From Salpingoeca rosetta (taxonomy: Eukaryota > Protista > Choanoflagellata), in the NCBI GenBank assembly GCA_033442325.1, contig JAWQFM010000016.1, positions 843,155 through 907,154 on the forward strand: a DNA stretch of 64,000 bases. The letters are read 5' to 3'. Shown in pieces: positions 27,294 through 45,520 of this stretch. A model generated the notes under the pieces. It saw only the letters and a program-made list of their open reading frames with translations, was not told the DNA's origin and made no database searches. The translations under genes and the position numbers were made by a program. Every line of letters begins with the position of its first letter. The stretch's first letter is position 1.

Positions 27294-30200
27294 ATGGCAA
27301 GAAGGACAAGCTCAAGCGCCAGGGCCTGCGACTGCTTCATTTCACTGCGCTTCAATGAAGCCATCAACGCGGGAAAGGCGCTGCAGGCTGCTCTCTCTGA
27401 GCGAGGCGTGACAGCCTTCCTGTGCGAGGTCCCGCCAGGCAGAGACATCGAAAGCACCATCGTGGAGGCCCTGTCAACCTGCAGGATGGCCGTCATCATG
27501 GGGACCAAAACGTATGGGAAGAAGACACCAGCCTCGTTTGGCACAAGAGAAGAGTTGAGGTTCATCATCGACGAGAAGAAGCCATTCTTCTACATCAAAA
27601 TGTGCGCCAAGCTCAAGTCAACTACCGCACGGTTTCGCCTCCCAGATACCATCTCCTACCATATGTGGCAGCCCGACAACAATGATCCCAACATTATTGT
27701 GCCAGCCGATCTCGTCGACGGGATTGTGAAGAGCCTCACGGTTAGTCCTGCTATGTGAGTGTGAGGAGAGCGAGGATGGAGCATGACGTGCAGTGCAAAA
27801 GGTGGGGCAACTTGAAGGAGCAGTGGGGACTGGTCATTCGTGCCTCCCTGCAGTGCTTGTTTGTCGCAATCCCAAGCCAGGCTAACAGAACCGTGATTTC
27901 TGCAATGCATGCCCCTTGCCCTTGTTGCTTCCGCTTGAACCCTCACCTCCTCCTCCAGGATTTGCCCGCCGCAGGCGTGTACAATGACATTGACGATGTC
28001 TTGTCTCCTTTACCTGACCACGCCTTCAACTTTCCACAACCAGAGTCGCAAGTGACACACCATGCTGCTTCCGTAATTTCCTCCTCATGCCCAGACCTCA
28101 CAAAGGACACGGCTTTGGTGGAGAAGAACAGCTCAGTGTCTGGCGTGCCCACAAGCGGCCACATGGCCTCATCCAAGACCTCCGGCCATGGCTCTGGCCC
28201 AGAATCGCCCGCGCACACACCTCCTATCTCGGAAGGCGTGGATGGTCAAACTGCAACTTCACACGGGACGCAAGGCACGTCCTCGCAAGCGCCGTCATCC
28301 TCACTGGCTGTCGCCTCGCCTCCAAACGCTCGCCTCTCACAGGAGCAGAGAAGCCAGACACTGTGTGATATGACATCGTCATCCAAGAACACGACTTCAA
28401 CCACCTCGCCGGTGAGCAACCATGTCGTGACGAAAAGTTCTCGGTGTGCTTGTGACCTCTCCAGAAGTGAACAGTTGGTTGTTCACACCGATGGACCTCA
28501 TCCGTTGCTTGATACCTGGCTGCTCTGGGCACTGTTAGAAGTATCTTCATCCATCATTATCATATCGTCTTGCTACTCAACTCCTGCTTTGTCCCATTTG
28601 CACATACTCATGCCTCACCACCGAAACGTGCATCAACGAGCCACTCACACGCACTCACTCGCACACACACACACATAAGGCTCTGCGACGTAGATTACCG
28701 GCTGTTTCAGAAAGTGCGCCGATATTGCCTCCTTTACTCAGACGGCATACCATTGCCACAAGCTTAAGCAAAAATACAAGCTTTTCCTGCTGTCTCCCAC
28801 CTCTCATGAAAAAGCGACCTGTTGAGCATGCTCGTGATGGCACCTGGGCCCAATGGCAACAGAAGCATGGCCGGCTTCACCACCGGCTGATGTATCTGAC
28901 TCCTGACGCCATCTTTCACGTGAATGTCATCAAACAAGAGGAGAAGGCTTTTGTCTTAAAGCCACTCAGCAAACTTGCGGTACACGACGAAGGCGCCAAA
29001 CTGGTCGTCAAGAACAGCAGCGGCGATACACTTCGCATTTACGCACCCGACACGCCCGAAGGCGGATCCCATTTACAGCAATGGAGGGCGGCACTATTCG
29101 CTGCCAAAAGATGGAACGGCAATGACGACATAGTTCTGCCAGCCTCAATCAAGGCAAACCACCAGTTTGCGGCCGCAATATGGAACCTCATTTTCCCCGG
29201 GACAGCGAGGGCACAGCACCCAGAGTATCGAGACGTTTGGTTGCGCTGGCTGTGTAACCCAAATGCGCAGGCGACGTTCGAGACAATGCATCGCTTGTTC
29301 ATGCGAGCTGTGAGGCAGGTAAACGACGACGCCGCGGCGCTGTCGTACTTGAATCACCTCACAGATCTTCACCACAGCGTGCACACCCGTATGATCATGA
29401 ATGCAATTGACCCCAGCTCCAACATGCTTACCTCTTGGAAGGAGCATACGATGCCCGACAGCAAGGCAACCCACAAGCACATTTTTTTCTCGCTCTTCAC
29501 GGCGTATGTCAGCAAGCAAGCGAGGTTCGCGCAGCAGCATGACAAAACGGGTGCTTGGCCGGGCTTGCTCTGCGCAGCTTTGGACTACCATCCCAGCGTT
29601 CTCCTTGACAGCTCAACAGGGCCTTCCGAGCAAGCTTTCACCGGGCCAACGATCGCGGCAGCTCAAGAAGGCAAACCAGATGATGGCGTCGGTTGTGGTG
29701 CTGGCGCTCACCACGCCGCTGAGCTGCCAGGGGAGCACCAGCACTCTCCGTTTGACGCAAACACCACAGCGGCCATGCAAGCTGAGGAAGAGAGGCTGTC
29801 ACGCCCTCAAGGGGAAGTGTGCAGCGTGCCCCTCACTTGTTTCGAGGAGCTCGTGTATTTCTTCAACGTGGATCACCTGCGGTACTACGCCTGCAAGCAT
29901 TGGGCGCAGCATGATGTCAGTCGCTACCTCTCTCTCTTGGAGACGCAGAACGCCGGTGTTCTCAAGCACGTGTTTGATGGACCAACACTGCAAGGCAGAC
30001 CAGCGGAGCGACTGTGCTTGTTGCTGCCATGCCTCGATATCCGCTCACAGGAGGACCAAGCTGCCATCGTTGAGGCGTTCACCGAGGACGGCGGTCTGCA
30101 CATGGGCACGTTTCGTGTGTTCGCTGAGGCGTGCGTGGCCAAAGCAAAGACAGATCTCCTCGCATTCTCCCTGCGAACGTTCTTCAGCACCCATGCCGCC

Positions 30201-33200
30201 TCCATTCCCGACGCTGTGAGTGAAGTGCTGACCATGCTCACGGAGCCGCAGGAGTCTGGCCATCGACACACCACAGCCAAGGCCTTTGACACGGCTAAGG
30301 TCCTTTTTGATGCGGTGGTCGTCCTGGTGGGTGGTAACCTCGTGTGCGTGGACTCCTTTGAGGACTGGAGCAGCACAAGCACTGATGAACGGAAACAATT
30401 CCTGGTCCACCTCATTCACAACTATGCTTCATCAACCCTTTGCAAAATCACCATCGAAAACCGCGGCTGGCTCGATGACTCGAACATGACGGAGCGAGCG
30501 GCATTGCGTGCCCGTGTTGAAGATGAGACTGTGGCTGTGGATTTTACATATGAGCGTTCAGAGGCGGAGTTTGCGTCACTTCTTGCAGGTTTTGTGCGCA
30601 TCTGCATACATTTGGGCTGCTTCCAAGAGCTCCGCGTCTGGGCGAACAAGATTGGGCAACGGCTGTTCAAACTGAGCTTTGGCGAAGGCTTGCGAGGCGT
30701 GACCATGGAGGCGCTGTCAAGGTCGTTTGACCTTATGCCTGAGTGCAAGGACATGGTGCTCAATGGCACGCTGCTGAGCACACCACAGTTCTTCTGCCAT
30801 GATGCTTTTAACGCGATGATCCGCGACAAGGCGACCGGCGTGGACAAGCTTCGTGGCACGTACTTTGATCTGCTGGCGTTGGCCGAGAAGCTGGACGGGT
30901 ACCCCACCTTTGCCGAGGACATGAAGCACCTGGCATCTCGACTGCTGCCGCACAAGTCCAAGACCATTCTCGACAACCTGAACCACCTGTGTGAAGTTGT
31001 GCTGCAACGAATGAAGCAGGGTGGTAACGTGAGCGGCAATGGAGCAGGTGCCAAAGGAAACAGTCAATCTGCGGCTCTTCAGGAGAGGCGCGCGGCCGGT
31101 CTCAAGCTTGGCGACCTGGTGCAGTGCAGCCTGTATGCCACGGACGCCATCTTCATTGTGCAGTCGTTCCGCAGCCGCAACCTTCTTGAAGGGTGCATTG
31201 CGCACTACGTCAACAATTGTGAACCAAGCACGTGGGTGGAGCTGTTCCGGCGCCTCGACGTCATCGCGTTCTTCATCAAGTATCTGGTGCGCGAGAGCTA
31301 CGAGAAGGCCTTCACGGCGTTCAAGAGCCACAACGGCGGAAACGAATGGGCTTCCCGGCTGGTGGATGCTGCACAGGAGCAGTTTGACGAGCCCATCATC
31401 AGCCTCGACGAGCTGCGTGTTGAAGAGGAAGAAGCGCAAGCACGGTTGATCCAGACCATTCTCGCGCGGGGCACAACCACTGCCGATCCTGAGATGTCAT
31501 TCATCATCGAGTTTACTGGGCGCTGGATGCAGCGCATGAAGGACATTGTGTCGATTCCCATGACGCCGCACAACACGCAGATCATCACCACGCTCATGTT
31601 TGCGGCATTCTACCGCTTGTCCGTGGCTCAGTCGACAAGCAATCTTGGCTCTGAAGCGTCAGGGCTGAAGTCATTGATTGCGGAGGTGGGCACCGGCGAG
31701 GGAAAGTCGGTCATCATCATCATGATGGCGCTGTACTTTGTGTGCGTCCAAGACAGACGTGTGCACATCCTGGAGAACAACGTGAGTCTGCTTGACCGCG
31801 ACTACAGCAACTACAAGGCGTTCTTTTCCCAGTTCAAGAAGTCTGATGGCACCAGCGTCACAGTGAGCACATCCATTGCACAGGAGGCTGACATTACGTA
31901 CTGCTTGCAAGAGGATGTTGAGGCACAACACCGAAGTGAGGCCCCGAAAGGGTGCAACGCGTTCCGCAACGTCGTGCTCATTGTGGATGAGGTGGATGAC
32001 CTGGTGATTGATCAAAACCCCGTCAGCGGCTTTGTCAAACGCGACGAGGACAACAGCGCACACATCCTCAAGTGCTTCCAAGCACTGAAGCGCAGCGGGC
32101 TCGCTGCAGCCAAACCAACTGGGTGCCCCGAGCGCGTTTGGAACAAGGCTCAAGCGGCCTTCCGAACCGCCCAGACCTGGCGCGAGGGAAAAGACTACGC
32201 GCTGGTGGATGGGCGACACCGAATCCTGGATGGGCGTGGTCGCCCAACCCACTACACGAGCGCAACGCTCCAGTACGTCAACTTTATTGCCGGTTACAAC
32301 GACAGCCCGAGCTTTGACACAGTGTTTTACGTGGTCAGCACGCCGCACGTGTTCAAGCAGTACGCGCTCATCTTGGGGCTCACTGGCTCTGTGGGCGGTG
32401 AGGCGGAGCGCGAGTATCTGCGGACCACGTACGATGCGGGCGTGTTCAGCGTGCCGCCGTTCCTGGACACGTGCACCGATGCGTGCAAGCAGGAGCCGCA
32501 GCAGCGGTTCGTGAAGGTAGTGGCCAGTGCGCAGCAGCAGAGATCGGAGGTGATCGAGACGGCCGAAGGCAGCGCAGATTCGGTGCCGGTGCTTGTGATT
32601 ACGCCGAACCCCAAAGAAGCAGCAGCAGTGTCAAATCAGCTGAAGGGACGCCTGGGCCAGGGGCGCGTGCAGCTGCTGCTGGAAGTTGCCAATGGAGTGT
32701 CCCAGAAGGACAAGTGGCAAACCATCATCGACCAAGCGACGCAACCTGCGCAGCAGTCTGGAACCTGCAGTGGGCCGACTGCTGGGTGGCGTGTGACGGT
32801 GACCGACTACTTTGGCGGCCGCGGGCACGATTACAAGGTGACAGACGAAGGCGTGGATGACGCCGGTGGGCTGCTGGTCATCATCACACACATCCCAGAC
32901 TCTTACCGCGAGTGGGTTCAATGGAAGGGCCGCACGGCACGGCAGGACCGCAACGGTCAGCTGGCGCTCATCCTCAACAGCGAGGAGGAGTTCATGAGGG
33001 GGCAGCGCCAGACCGTCACGCAATTCACCAATGGTGAAATTGACAGAGATGAGTTTGTGCGGCAGTTGTTGCGTGAGCGGAATGTGCAGATGAAAACGCA
33101 GCTTGACAAGTACGCCGACCAACAGCGGAGCGGAATGGCTGTGAACGAGATGTGCGATCGCTTCTACCGCAAGTACGGCACGGGAGCCGTGTGGCCAGCC

Positions 33201-33317
33201 AACGACACACAACGCAAGCTGCGCGACTTTTTGAAGACGTATGGCCATACTCCACCAATCAGCAAGACCAAAGAGTTTGCCAATGAGCTGGACATTGGAG
33301 ACGACTTTCCTTACTGA
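27294..33317 (+). CDS. TIR domain + PH-like domain + helical region + SecA-like SF2 ATPase (about 1845 aa, 3 exons)
   Basis: Exons 27294-27740, 27959-28411 and 28680-33317; all junctions are phase 0 (acg|gttagt, ccag|gat, ccg|gtgagc, taag|gct). TIR: DCFISLRF..GVTAFL..IVEALSTCRMAVIMGTKTYG..TREELRF. PH-like: RLMYLTPDAIF..LRIYAP..LQQWRAAL. SecA-like: AEVGTGEGKS, LLDRDY, IVDEVDDLVID, GLTGS, PVLV, GGRGHDY, GGLLVI, WVQWKGRTARQ. Confidence 0.85.
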
Positions 33318-33380
33318 GTCTCGACTAGAAAAGGGCACATGTTGAGTCTTGATAGTCTACCGCAAGTGGCGAAGTGGAGT

Positions 33381-33423
<43 letters not shown>

Positions 33424-33979
33424 CAGTTGCAATGGACGCTCTTTGCTTTTCGTTTGATGTGTGTGTGTGATGTGACACGATATGACAGCAGCTTGCCGTT
33501 TCTGTCTTCTTTCCCGTTCTCTTCTCTCTCTCTCTCGTTCAAGTGAGGGAGGTTCTTGAGTGCTGTTTTCCTTCGTCTCGTTGTCATTGTTGTTGTGCTT
33601 GTCCACGTGCACCCGCCCTGTCTTTCATCTGTCTGCGTGTATGTGTGCATTTCTTTGTTTCCCGTTCTGTGCTTGTCTCCTAGTGTTTGGTTTCCTTGCT
33701 CGCTTGACTTTGAGCTGACCGCTTGGCTTGTTGGTGCAAGCAAGTGTACTCATTGCGTTCAAGGAGCAGGGTTCTCTGTCTGTTCTTGCTTTTGTTCGTT
33801 TTGTTTTGCTTGCTTGTTTTTGTTTGCCACAAACAACATTCGCCACGAACCAACAAGCAGCAAAACAGAAGCAAAGAGCGAAGCAACCACCAAAGATCGA
33901 AAACCAAACAAAGCAACAAGCAACACAACACAACCACCACCACCACCACCACCACCACATCCATCCGATCCAGCCGACC

Positions 33980-35437
33980 ATGAAGCCGCGCATGAATGAA
34001 GGGCAGCTGCAGGAGTGGCAGCGAGAGCTGCTGGCGCAACGCCTCAACATCTACACTCACGATCTCTGCAGATGGATCAATCGTGAGTGTGTTGTGTGTG
34101 TGTGTGTGTTGTGTGTGTGTGTTTTGTGTTGTATTGTGTTGCCTGCAAGCAAAAGCAACTCCGCTGCCTGGTGTTGCTTGCTGTTGAACACTCATGCACA
34201 CACTTGCGTGATGTTCCAGGTGTGCTGCAGCGGGAGGTTGCGCCAGAGGACTTTGTCAAGACGTTGGGTGAGTGAGGATCGTGGTGCCATGCTTCGTGCT
34301 TGTGCTTCACTGTGCTGCCGTGCGTTCCTTTTCGTTGGATCGCCCTTCCGTTGCCTTCATGCCACCTACATGGCGTTTTCGTGCATAGGTCCTGGCGTTG
34401 TGCTTCTCGATCTTGCAAAGGCAATCCAGGCTGGCGAAGTGCAATATCGTCAAGAGTACCGCGTGGAAGAAGAGTTTCCCACCATGAAGCTGCAAGTCCG
34501 TCGCAACGCCAAAGCAGGTGCTTATGCCATGGTGTGTTGTGTTGTTGTTGTGTTGTTGTGCACGTAGCTTCTTGTCTGCGCCTTTTCCGCCCCCCCCCCT
34601 CCCGGGATTCTGTCCTCCAATCTCGTCTTCGTGCATCCCTGCTTCCCGAATTCACACACACACACACATACACACGTACACACACACGCACACGTACACA
34701 CACATACACACGTACACACACATACACACACGCATACACAACATACACACACACAACTCTCTCAGGGACGTTTGCTGCGCGCGACAACATTGCGCAGTTC
34801 ATTGCATGGGCACGACGACTTGGTATTCCAGACGACCTCATGTTCGAAACCAACGACCTTGTGTTGGAGAAGGACATGAAGCAAGTCATCTACTGGTAAG
34901 TGGAGCCCATTGGTGGTGGTGGTTGTACCGGGTGTACGTGTGTACGTGTGTGATATCGACTGCCTGTTTTCCAGTTCACAGTTCAACATAACACCACCTT
35001 CCACCAGATCACACACACACTCACACGTAAACACACTCGCACACACACTCCCACTCACACACACACACACACACACACACATGCAAGCCTCATGGAGGTA
35101 GCGCGCTGCCAGCACGGCGTTGAACCGCCACGCCTCGTGAAGATGGAGCGATCACTCGACGACGAAGTCGCACTCGTGAGTTGGGTGTCTTTTGCTGACA
35201 ATCACGCACGGATGCACTGCATGTTCCCCTCTCATGTTTGTGTGTATTATGCTGCGTTGTCGCTCACTCCTTGCCCCGCTTTTGCTTTTGTTTCACGTGT
35301 CTGTGTGTCATTGAGTGCAGACTGAGGGGACAGAAACCCCAGGTGATGCAGAGATGGACGCGGCCGTTCGCGCTCTGCTCGCAGACCTCGGTCTCGATCA
35401 ACATCTCGCTGACAAGCGCGACTCCCTCGGCAGGTAG

Positions 35438-35475
<38 letters not shown>

Positions 35476-37150
35476 GTGCATGCGTGTGTGTGTGCATGCG
35501 TGTGTGTGTGTGTGTGTGTGTGTCGCAATTGCTATGCGACTTCAGATATATTCGGCCCCCTCACTTGTGCGTAGTGCAGTTCACACCTAGTGCGTGTTGT
35601 GGTTCACCTCACGTTGCTCTCTTCCTCTCGTCCCACCACGCTCTTCAGATATTTTTTCGGGCAGGAGACGCCCGTGTTTGTGCGCACCCTGGATGGTGAT
35701 CTGCTTGTGCCCATGGAGGGCGAGTGGATCACCCTGCACCACTTCCTGCGGTGCGTCCGTGCGTCCGTGCATACGATGCCTTGAACCACACACGCACATA
35801 TATCCCACACACACACACACACACACACATCCCACACTAAACACGCACACATACCACACACACGCACATCCCACACTAAACACGCACACGTACCACATAC
35901 ACACACGCACATCCCACACTAAACACGCACATCCCACACATCCCACACCTCACACAATACCCTCATGCACGAACCCCTTTGCAGGCTCATCGCCGGCGAT
36001 TACAAGGCAGAGGTCCGCCGCGTGCTGAAGCGCTGTCGCAAGGTCGCAAAGGTGAGGCCATGAAAAGCATCCATTGCTTGCAAGCAATCGGCACCCTTGC
36101 GTGGCTCACTTCTTCACAAAGCCACACATTCACATTCACACCACGCGTCATCGCCTCCAGGTCAACGAGGGTGCTCATGCGGATGACGTGGAGCAGCACG
36201 CCGCATGCTCCACTTCCGGCTTAAACGAAGAAGCGCAGACGTCCATGGATGAGATCGAGTAAGTGAGGAAGGGGAAGGAGGCAAGTCAAGGAGAGAGATA
36301 GAGAGATAGAGAGGGACAGAGAGAAATGGCGTGTGTGTGCTGAGTGACACGCACAAACACACATGCACATGCATACATACACACACGCAAGCCCCCCCCA
36401 CACACACACACACGAGAGAGGAGAGGAGTGTTGCTGACATATGTGCTCCTCGTTTGTTTGTGGACTGCCGGGGTAGGAAGCGCATTGAGACCCAGCGCCG
36501 CGAATTTTCGGCACAGGTGGCCACGCTTGTTGGCGATATTGAGCGGGAGAAAAAGGAAGCAGATGCCCTCCACCAGGTGTGTGTGTGCGTGTCTGGGTGC
36601 GTGTCTGGGTGCGTGTGTCTGGATGTGTACATATGCGTGCGTGTGTGTGTGTTTGCGTGCGTGTGGTGTGAAGAGTCATGACAATTTGCAAACACATGTT
36701 CTTGATGATGCGTATGTGCGAGTGTCTAAACAACATATCATCTCTCCGTAATTTGTTACAGCACGTGGACGAGCTGAGGCTGACAAAGCAGAAGCAGGAC
36801 ACGGCGCTCTCTCAAGCACAGGAGGACATCCGCACACTCCGCAAGCGCATTGCACGCGAACGCTTCAACCGTGCTGCACAGCACGCCGTCGCCAACATGT
36901 ATGCACGCACACCCATGCTTTGTTTGTTTGCTTGGTTGTTTGCTTGCACCTTGTGACTTACAAACGCCATCTTACACAACTATCTCAATCGAATGTGGCG
37001 CCCTCTTTGTCAACATGTTGCTTCTCCCCGCTTACCTCCTCACACATTCACATGCACGCGCACATGCACGCTTGTAAATACATGCGCACGATAATTTTGG
37101 TTCTGACGTGCAGCCGTCGTCGCAGCTCAAACATCTCAACACTCAAGGTC

Positions 37151-37249
<99 letters not shown>

Positions 37250-37608
37250 GTGTCGGTGTGAAGAGGACAGTAGCAGAGCACTTTCAATTTACAGTTTGCA
37301 GGGCCAACAAGGTGACATGGGCCCATTTATGTTACCTTCGTCGCTCATCAATTTTTTTTTGTGTGTTCATCTCTCCGTCCAGGCCGCCGTCTTTGCCCTG
37401 CGCCAACTGGCCAAAGCCACAAAAGCCTTTGATTGTAAGTCCATGCACGCACGCACCAACCACACAACACAATACAACACAACACAACGCAATACAACAC
37501 AACACAACACAACACGACACAACAACCCTGAGCTTTTCGTATTCCATCTCCATGCCACATGCGCACTGCATCTAGTCGAAGCAGCGACGACATTCCCGGG
37601 CACAGACA

Positions 37609-37652
<44 letters not shown>

Positions 37653-39284
37653 TGCACATGCACGCAGCTGCGGAGTTTGTGCACGAGGCGCCACCGAAAC
37701 AAGACAGACTGCATTCTGCATTGGCGCGAGCAGACCGAAGCCCACGGACCACGAGTCCCGTCAGGGAACTTCACGACACCGTCGTCGCAGCGGGCCCGAA
37801 CACCACCGCCGCCAGCGCCGCTGCCACACGATCGGCACCAGCCACCACGTCAACAGCAACAGCCACCGCCACGGCAAGGCCTGCAGGTGCCGCTGTCTCT
37901 GGGACATCATCAACCCCATCAAAGGTGACCACACGCGAGGCTGCACGCACGCAGGGCCACCAGTCATTTGCTTCCCCGCCACATTCCCCAGACGTCGGTG
38001 ATACGTCTTACCTGTTTGATGAGCCGGGCTCGCACCAGCCCACGCCTGTCAAGACCACGAGACACCTGACGCGCCAGCAGTGGACGGAAGGGCGGTCCTC
38101 AGAGCCGCACATACCGCGACTTCGCGTGTCAAACTACAGCGTGGACGACTCGTTTGATGTTGAGGTCGGACCCAAGCTCAAGGGCAAGCACCTCTCCTAC
38201 TCCGCAGGTCAGCATTTGCGCGTGTGTGTGTGTTGTGTGCATACATGAGTGTGTGCACATGTGCGTGTGCGTGTGTGCGGTGTCAAGTGTGTCAGGTAGC
38301 GAGGCAGAGCATTTCTGTTCCGTGTCTTGCCTGCAAGCAACGACTCACACCGCCCTGTCCGAATCCATTCCACAGGTGACTTGTACGCGGTGCAGGAGCA
38401 TGTGACACACACCCGCCGTTCCCGTTCACCTCGCGCGAACACTGGCGAGCGCCGTGACCACAGCAACAGCGATGTGGATGCTGCGTTCGCCGATCCCTCT
38501 GTGGAGGCGGTTCTTTTGCCATCACCAACAGGTCGCTCGCGCACAGCCATCAGGCACCATGGCAACAAGGCCCTGCCGGAGCACGTTGGCGCATCGCACG
38601 TCATGCGCATGAAGATGGCGGATGGCAGCCGCACACAGACAACAACCACAGCACGGCGACAGGAGCAGCACCAGTACCTTTCTCATCGCAGTGGTAGCGG
38701 CAGTCGCAGCGGCTCTTCCGTCCTCGATGGTGAAGCGGGCATTGTCGTGACGCAAGACGGCCGCCGCTTCCGTGTCGTCGGCGTGAACGAAGTGAAGAAA
38801 ATCGAAAGGTGTGTGTGTGTGTGTGCGTGTGTGTGCATGTGTGTGCATGTGTGATGTGTGGATGCTATTGTTGTTGTTTAAGTTTACAAGTGCTTGTGTT
38901 GTGGGATTGCAATTGCATGTGCGTGCCTGTGAGTGAGGCTTTGCCGCTTTGCCCAACTACTTAGCCTCACTGTGTGTCTCGCTCATCGCTACTGCTGCTT
39001 TCCTCTCGGTGCTCCCACTGCTCCTCTTCAGGCGGCTGTCCGGTGCCAGCAAAGACGACACGACGACGGGCGCATACACGCGCACAACGACGCGCCGCCT
39101 CTCGACGCGGGAAGCGGAGGCGCTTGGTTTGCTGGACAAGGCACGGCAGCTTTATGCCGGCGTGCACTCTCGCGACATTCTGGATGGACATCAGGTTCCC
39201 TATGCCCCAACACCGCGTGTCCGCGTTGGGCGCGAGCGCAACTTCTTCTCGCCCAGCGCCGCAAGCTCAAGCATGGAGCAGTGA
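33980..39284 (+). CDS. GAS2-family protein (CH domain + divergent GAR domain + coiled coil + low-complexity tail), multi-exon
   Basis: Spliced: [77 protein letters not shown] (GAS2-type CH). Then [33 protein letters not shown] (GAR-like). Last exon ends SSMEQ* at 39284. Confidence 0.85.
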
Positions 39285-39653
39285 ACGTCTGTGATGACGT
39301 GACCGTGTTTCATCGTGTGCACGTGCACAATTTGCCCTTGTTCCAACGTGGTGTCCTTGCTTGCGTTCTTGTGTTTGTCTCGTTCATGTTCAATTTGTGC
39401 CTTCTTCCCACTTCCCGACCTATATCCATTGGATGTGTCCATATGTTTCCATGTTGGCGGAAAACGGCTGGAATCGCGTTGTTTATCGTTGGCTGGTCAA
39501 CATACAATGTCAAGCATCACGCACGCAAGGGCAGAAGGAAACAAAAAAAAAAAACGAAAGAAGGAAGCAATCCGCAGACCGCGTGCTTGGCCACCAGTTA
39601 CGACGCATTTCAGCGCACACACACACACGCACACAGATGAAAGACTACTGCCG

Positions 39654-44622
<4,969 letters not shown>

Positions 44623-44805
44623 CGTCCTGAAGTGTGGTGTGTGGGTGTGGTGTTTGTGGAGGAGGGAGGAGCGGTGTTGTTGTCAGCAAACACAGCAGCG
44701 CTGGTGTATTTGGCCTATTTATAGTCCAGACTGTCCTACTCAAGATGCAAGCAAGCAAGCAAAGCAAAGCAGAGGATGCGTTCAAAGCAGAGCAACACCC
44801 ACGAG

Positions 44806-45267
44806 TCATGCTTTGGCTTCCTGTTCATGCCCTCCCCCTTGGTCTCCTTGCTGGTTTTCTTCTTCTCTGCAACCCTTCAGCGTCTTCTGCTTCTCTGCTC
44901 CATCTTTGTTGGCAGCAACGTGACCATTCCCTTCACCGTTGTCGCCTCCACTTTGTTGATCTCCATCCACGCTCGCATCTCGTTCCACTTGGCCCTGCTC
45001 ATCGCTGTTCTCTGTCCTCGTGCTTGTCTCCAAGCTGCCATCAACAACAGAGTCCCCGCCATCATCCGCAGCCTGTTTCCCTTCCGCCACCGCCGTATCG
45101 CTTGAGAGCGAGACGTGTGCGTCCATCAACCGCCGCAGCTGCTCCTGCATGTCTAACAACTGCTCATCGCGCTGATGCAGCTGCACGGACACGTCCAAGT
45201 GCTTCTTCGCCAGCTTGTTGTAGTCGCCCTCCAGCGTCCCCAACTGCTCAGAAGCAGACACGTACGC

Positions 45268-45349
<82 letters not shown>

Positions 45350-45468
45350 GTGTGTGTGAGTGTGAGTGTGTGGTGATGTGGTGATGTGGTGATGTGGTGA
45401 GGTGGTGAGCGACCGAAACAACATGCAAGGGGCGGGCAGGCAGGAAGCAATGGCATCACCACATGCCC

Positions 45469-45520
<52 letters not shown>

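Noticed and set aside
28725-33317. Bacterial contamination or canonical secA
   Set aside because: Joined by spliceosomal introns to upstream exons, carries a PH-like domain, and is contiguous with CA-repeat host DNA.
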